This document shows, piece after piece, positions 61,430 to 64,000 of a DNA stretch of 64,000 nt; the stretch's first letter is position 1, and the number at the start of each line of letters is the position of its first letter. Made by a program: the position numbers and the translations under genes. Source of the stretch: an uncultured Planctomycetia bacterium (GTDB lineage: Bacteria; Omnitrophota; Gorgyraeia; B26-G9); assembly GCA_964437495.1 (NCBI GenBank), contig CAYTGV010000009.1, forward strand, positions 6,983 to 70,982, written 5' to 3'. The notes under the pieces are model-generated. The model saw only the letters and a list, made by a program, of their open reading frames with translations, ran no database searches and was not told the origin of the DNA.

Positions 61430-62359
61430 ATGACAAAACCTAAGATATTAATAGTTGATGATGAACCTGATATAAGAGATGTCTTAAAGATCACTTTAGA
61501 ATGCGAAGGGTTTGAGGTTCATGAGGCAAAAGACGGAGTAGAAGGACTTGAAAAGGTGCATAAAACCTCGCCGGATCTTGTTATCCTTGATTATAAAATG
61601 CCGAAAATGGATGGGCACGAAGTTTGTCAAATACTAAAAAAGGATATTCTATTGCGCCATATGCCGATCATTATGCTTACTGGCAAAGGAGAGACACAGG
61701 ATAAGATAAAAGGTATAAATGCAGGAGCAGATGATTATCTTGTAAAGCCATTTGATCCTCAAGAGCTTGTAGCACGTATAAAAATGATTGTCAGACGCAG
61801 CACACGTGATCTTGATGCCAATCCACTCAGCCGCTTACCAGGCAATGTAACGATAATGACGGAACTTGACGCGGCAATCAAAGGCACTTCGCCATTTGCC
61901 ATTTGCTATGTAGATCTGGATAAGTTTAAGGCCTTTAACGATACCTATGGATTCGAACACGGTGATGAGGTTATTCGTGAGACAGCACGTATTATTTTAA
62001 ATGGTGTCCATGAGCTTGGCAATAGAGAGGATTTTGTCGGACATATCGGTGGAGATGATTTTGTTTTTCTTACAACTACCAATCTGTCTGAGACAATCTG
62101 TAATAAGATAATCAATGACTTTGACAAGATTGCTCCTTCTTTTTACAATCAGGTTGACCGGGAACGAGGTTATACTGTGGCTAAAGACAGGCAGGGTAAT
62201 GAGCAGCATATTAAACTGCTGTCAGTTTCTATAGGTATTGTAACCAACGAATTCCGTCAAATAAATCATGTTGTGGAAATCGGTGAGATCGGGGCTGAAT
62301 TGAAAAAACTCGCCAAAGCAACTGAGGGCAGCAACTTTGTCAAAGACAGCAGAAAGTAA
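61430..62359 (+). CDS. Response regulator (REC) fused to a GGDEF-type diguanylate-cyclase domain with a variant GGDDF motif
   Basis: REC (ILIVDDEPD...LDYKMP...phospho-Asp D54 context). GGDEF fold landmarks NPLSRLPGN, YVDLDKFKAFNDTYGFEHGDEV, HIGGDDFVFL. Confidence 0.8.
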   Translation: MTKPKILIVDDEPDIRDVLKITLECEGFEVHEAKDGVEGLEKVHKTSPDLVILDYKMPKMDGHEVCQILKKDILLRHMPIIMLTGKGETQDKIKGINAGADDYLVKPFDPQELVARIKMIVRRSTRDLDANPLSRLPGNVTIMTELDAAIKGTSPFAICYVDLDKFKAFNDTYGFEHGDEVIRETARIILNGVHELGNREDFVGHIGGDDFVFLTTTNLSETICNKIINDFDKIAPSFYNQVDRERGYTVAKDRQGNEQHIKLLSVSIGIVTNEFRQINHVVEIGEIGAELKKLAKATEGSNFVKDSRK

Positions 62360-62380
62360 GAATAGTATCAAAACTATATT

Positions 62381-63421
62381 TCAAGCAAAAGCATGCTTTT
62401 CAAAGGCATATTTCCTGGCAGTGCGCTGATCGATCTTATTACTTTTCATTAAAAAATTCAGCGATTGGTCCATTGTCTGCATTCCCTCTTTACCGCAGGA
62501 TTCAATTATATTCTTTATCTGAAATGTTTTACTTTCCCGAATAAGATTCCTAATAGCCGTATTGTTAACCATGACCTCTGTAGCAAGATGATTGCTCGAA
62601 CCATCACGCGAAGGAATAAGGGTTTGAGAAACCACTACTGCAACTGCCTCGGCAAATTGCACTCTTATCTGTGCCTGTTGTTCTGCTGGGAAAACATCAA
62701 TAATACGGCTTACAGATTGAGAAGCATTACGGGTATGTAAAGTAGCAAATACAAGGTGTCCGGTCTCAGCCGCAGTTACAGCATTAGAAATAGTATCCAG
62801 ATCTCTCATTTCACCTACGAGAATGATATCCGGGTCTTCTCTTAAAGCGGCACGCAGACCGCTAGAAAAACTTTTGGTCTCTGAACCTACTTCACGCTGA
62901 TTGATTATACAGCGTTTATGCTCATGCAAATATTCAATTGGATCTTCAAGCGTAATAATATGAGCGCTTCTTTCCAAATTTATTTTATTAATGATCGAAG
63001 CCAGGGTGGTGGATTTTCCGCTTCCAGTCGGACCGGTAACTAATACAAGACCTCTTTGCAAGTTACAGACATTTTTTACTGCCGCAGGAAGCCCCAGGGA
63101 ATCAAGCGGTTTTATTCTTTGCGGCACCAATCTAAAGGCAGCGCATATTCCTTTTCTGTCTTTATAAATATTAATCCTAAACCTTGCAAAATTTCCTATA
63201 TTAATCCCCATATCTATTTCTTTGCCCTTATCTATAGAACTCAATCTTTCTTCCGGCATAATATCCAAAAGAATTTTTCTAATATCAGCATCTTGTAAAG
63301 CAATGTCCGTCAGCGGCTGCATCTCTGTAGGTCGTCTTATCATCGGAGGTAATCCAACACAAAGATGCATATCTGAAATATCTCTGGTAACAATCTCTTG
63401 AAAAAGCTTTTCTGAATCCAT
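62381..63421 (-). CDS. pilT: Twitching-motility retraction ATPase PilT
   Basis: Aligns with P. aeruginosa PilT (ISDMHLCVGLPPMIR...GLVLVTGPTGSGKSTTLAS...REDPDIILVGEMRDLDT...AETGHLVFATLHT). Confidence 0.9.
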   Translation of the reverse strand: MDSEKLFQEIVTRDISDMHLCVGLPPMIRRPTEMQPLTDIALQDADIRKILLDIMPEERLSSIDKGKEIDMGINIGNFARFRINIYKDRKGICAAFRLVPQRIKPLDSLGLPAAVKNVCNLQRGLVLVTGPTGSGKSTTLASIINKINLERSAHIITLEDPIEYLHEHKRCIINQREVGSETKSFSSGLRAALREDPDIILVGEMRDLDTISNAVTAAETGHLVFATLHTRNASQSVSRIIDVFPAEQQAQIRVQFAEAVAVVVSQTLIPSRDGSSNHLATEVMVNNTAIRNLIRESKTFQIKNIIESCGKEGMQTMDQSLNFLMKSNKIDQRTARKYAFEKHAFA

Positions 63422-63562
63422 TATACTTCCCCCAGTTAATAGTTTATAATTACTATGCTAAATATTTTATATTAAATGAGTTATGAAGTCAAATATTTTC
63501 ATTTTATTGACTTTTAAAGTCTTAGAATCTATACTATTAGCTCATCTTAAAAAGAGGGGAAT

Positions 63563-64000
63563 TTGAAGAAAATTAAAACAATATCTCTAGTGATAGCTTT
63601 TTTATGTTTGTATTGCAACGCCTTATCCTATGCTATGGATTGGAAATCGCTGCATGAAAAAGCCAATAATATATCTATAGAACAGGCCGCAGCACAGCCA
63701 AATGTCCAGAAAAATAAAGAAGGCCTTTATATACTGGCTATTGCATATTTCAACAATCATATGGATAAGAAGGCATTGGATTGCTTTGAGCGCATACTTG
63801 AACTTGATCCTGATTCTATTAGTGCAAAATGGGGAATTGCCGAGTTTCAAAGAAGAATTTATAAATATGATATTGCTGAGGAGTCACTTAAAAAGATCAT
63901 AAACGACAGGCCTGATTTTTGCCCAGCCTACATCAGCCTGGCTTATATTAAATACATACAAACTGACTTTGAAGAAGTGGTCAAGCTAATGGCTACTGTT
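63563..64000 (+). CDS. TPR-repeat protein with signal peptide; TTG start, 3' end outside the window
   Basis: Frame hand-translated with no stop through the window end. RBS AGAGGGGA. Signal-like TISLVIAFLCLYCNALSYA. TPR-like helices (YILAIAYFNNHMDKKALDCFERILELDP). Confidence 0.45.
   Translation, partial: MKKIKTISLVIAFLCLYCNALSYAMDWKSLHEKANNISIEQAAAQPNVQKNKEGLYILAIAYFNNHMDKKALDCFERILELDPDSISAKWGIAEFQRRIYKYDIAEESLKKIINDRPDFCPAYISLAYIKYIQTDFEEVVKLMATV

Noticed and set aside
63623-63902. Tracked ORFs 63623..63850 (-) and 63702..63902 (+)
   Set aside because: Another + frame, opened by TTG 63563 with a good RBS, is open to the window end and encodes a signal peptide plus TPR-like helices. The two short ORFs are frame shadows of it.

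Overview
AT-rich, densely coding 64-kb chromosomal segment, almost entirely on the + strand. The organism appears to be a diderm, LPS-making bacterium (kdsA-kdsD-kdsC-lptB on +, lptF/lptG on -). Lineage is not determinable from the sequence; a giant-gene-bearing candidate phylum such as Omnitrophota is an inference only. Gene content in order: der (5'-truncated)-plsY-gpsA; tRNA-Pro(GGG); a PilZ protein; hom-thrC-(ApgM-like phosphoglycerate-mutase homolog); a long leader carrying a predicted c-di-GMP-I (GEMM) riboswitch, then a 2,294-aa secreted giant protein built from ~25 divergent YD-like repeats; kdsA-kdsD-kdsC-lptB-hpf-ptsN-yvcK-HPr-EnzymeI; a nucleotidyltransferase; metK-ahcY; fba; on the minus strand GT2-comF-like-lptF-lptG; TonB-like; rpsU; a two-unit M16 peptidase; TIM-barrel isomerase; MEMO1; DUF1844-like; recA-htrA-(3 x 34-bp tandem hairpin repeats)-recX-alaS; hisD-hisB-hisA-hisI; trpE-G-D-C-F-(SPOR protein)-trpB-A; and a type IV pilus/MSHA-like block (MshEN-type GspE/PilB ATPase, PilC, three pseudopilins of which two have duplicated extended leaders, FIST sensor, GAF histidine kinase, REC-GGDEF with a GGDDF motif, PilT on -); partial TPR gene at the 3' edge. 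The most striking theme is c-di-GMP signalling spread across the window (PilZ, GEMM riboswitch, MshEN ATPase, REC-GGDEF). The riboswitch placed directly in front of the giant repeat protein is the best candidate for an undescribed system. All calls are from motif recognition by eye; no searches or folding were run.
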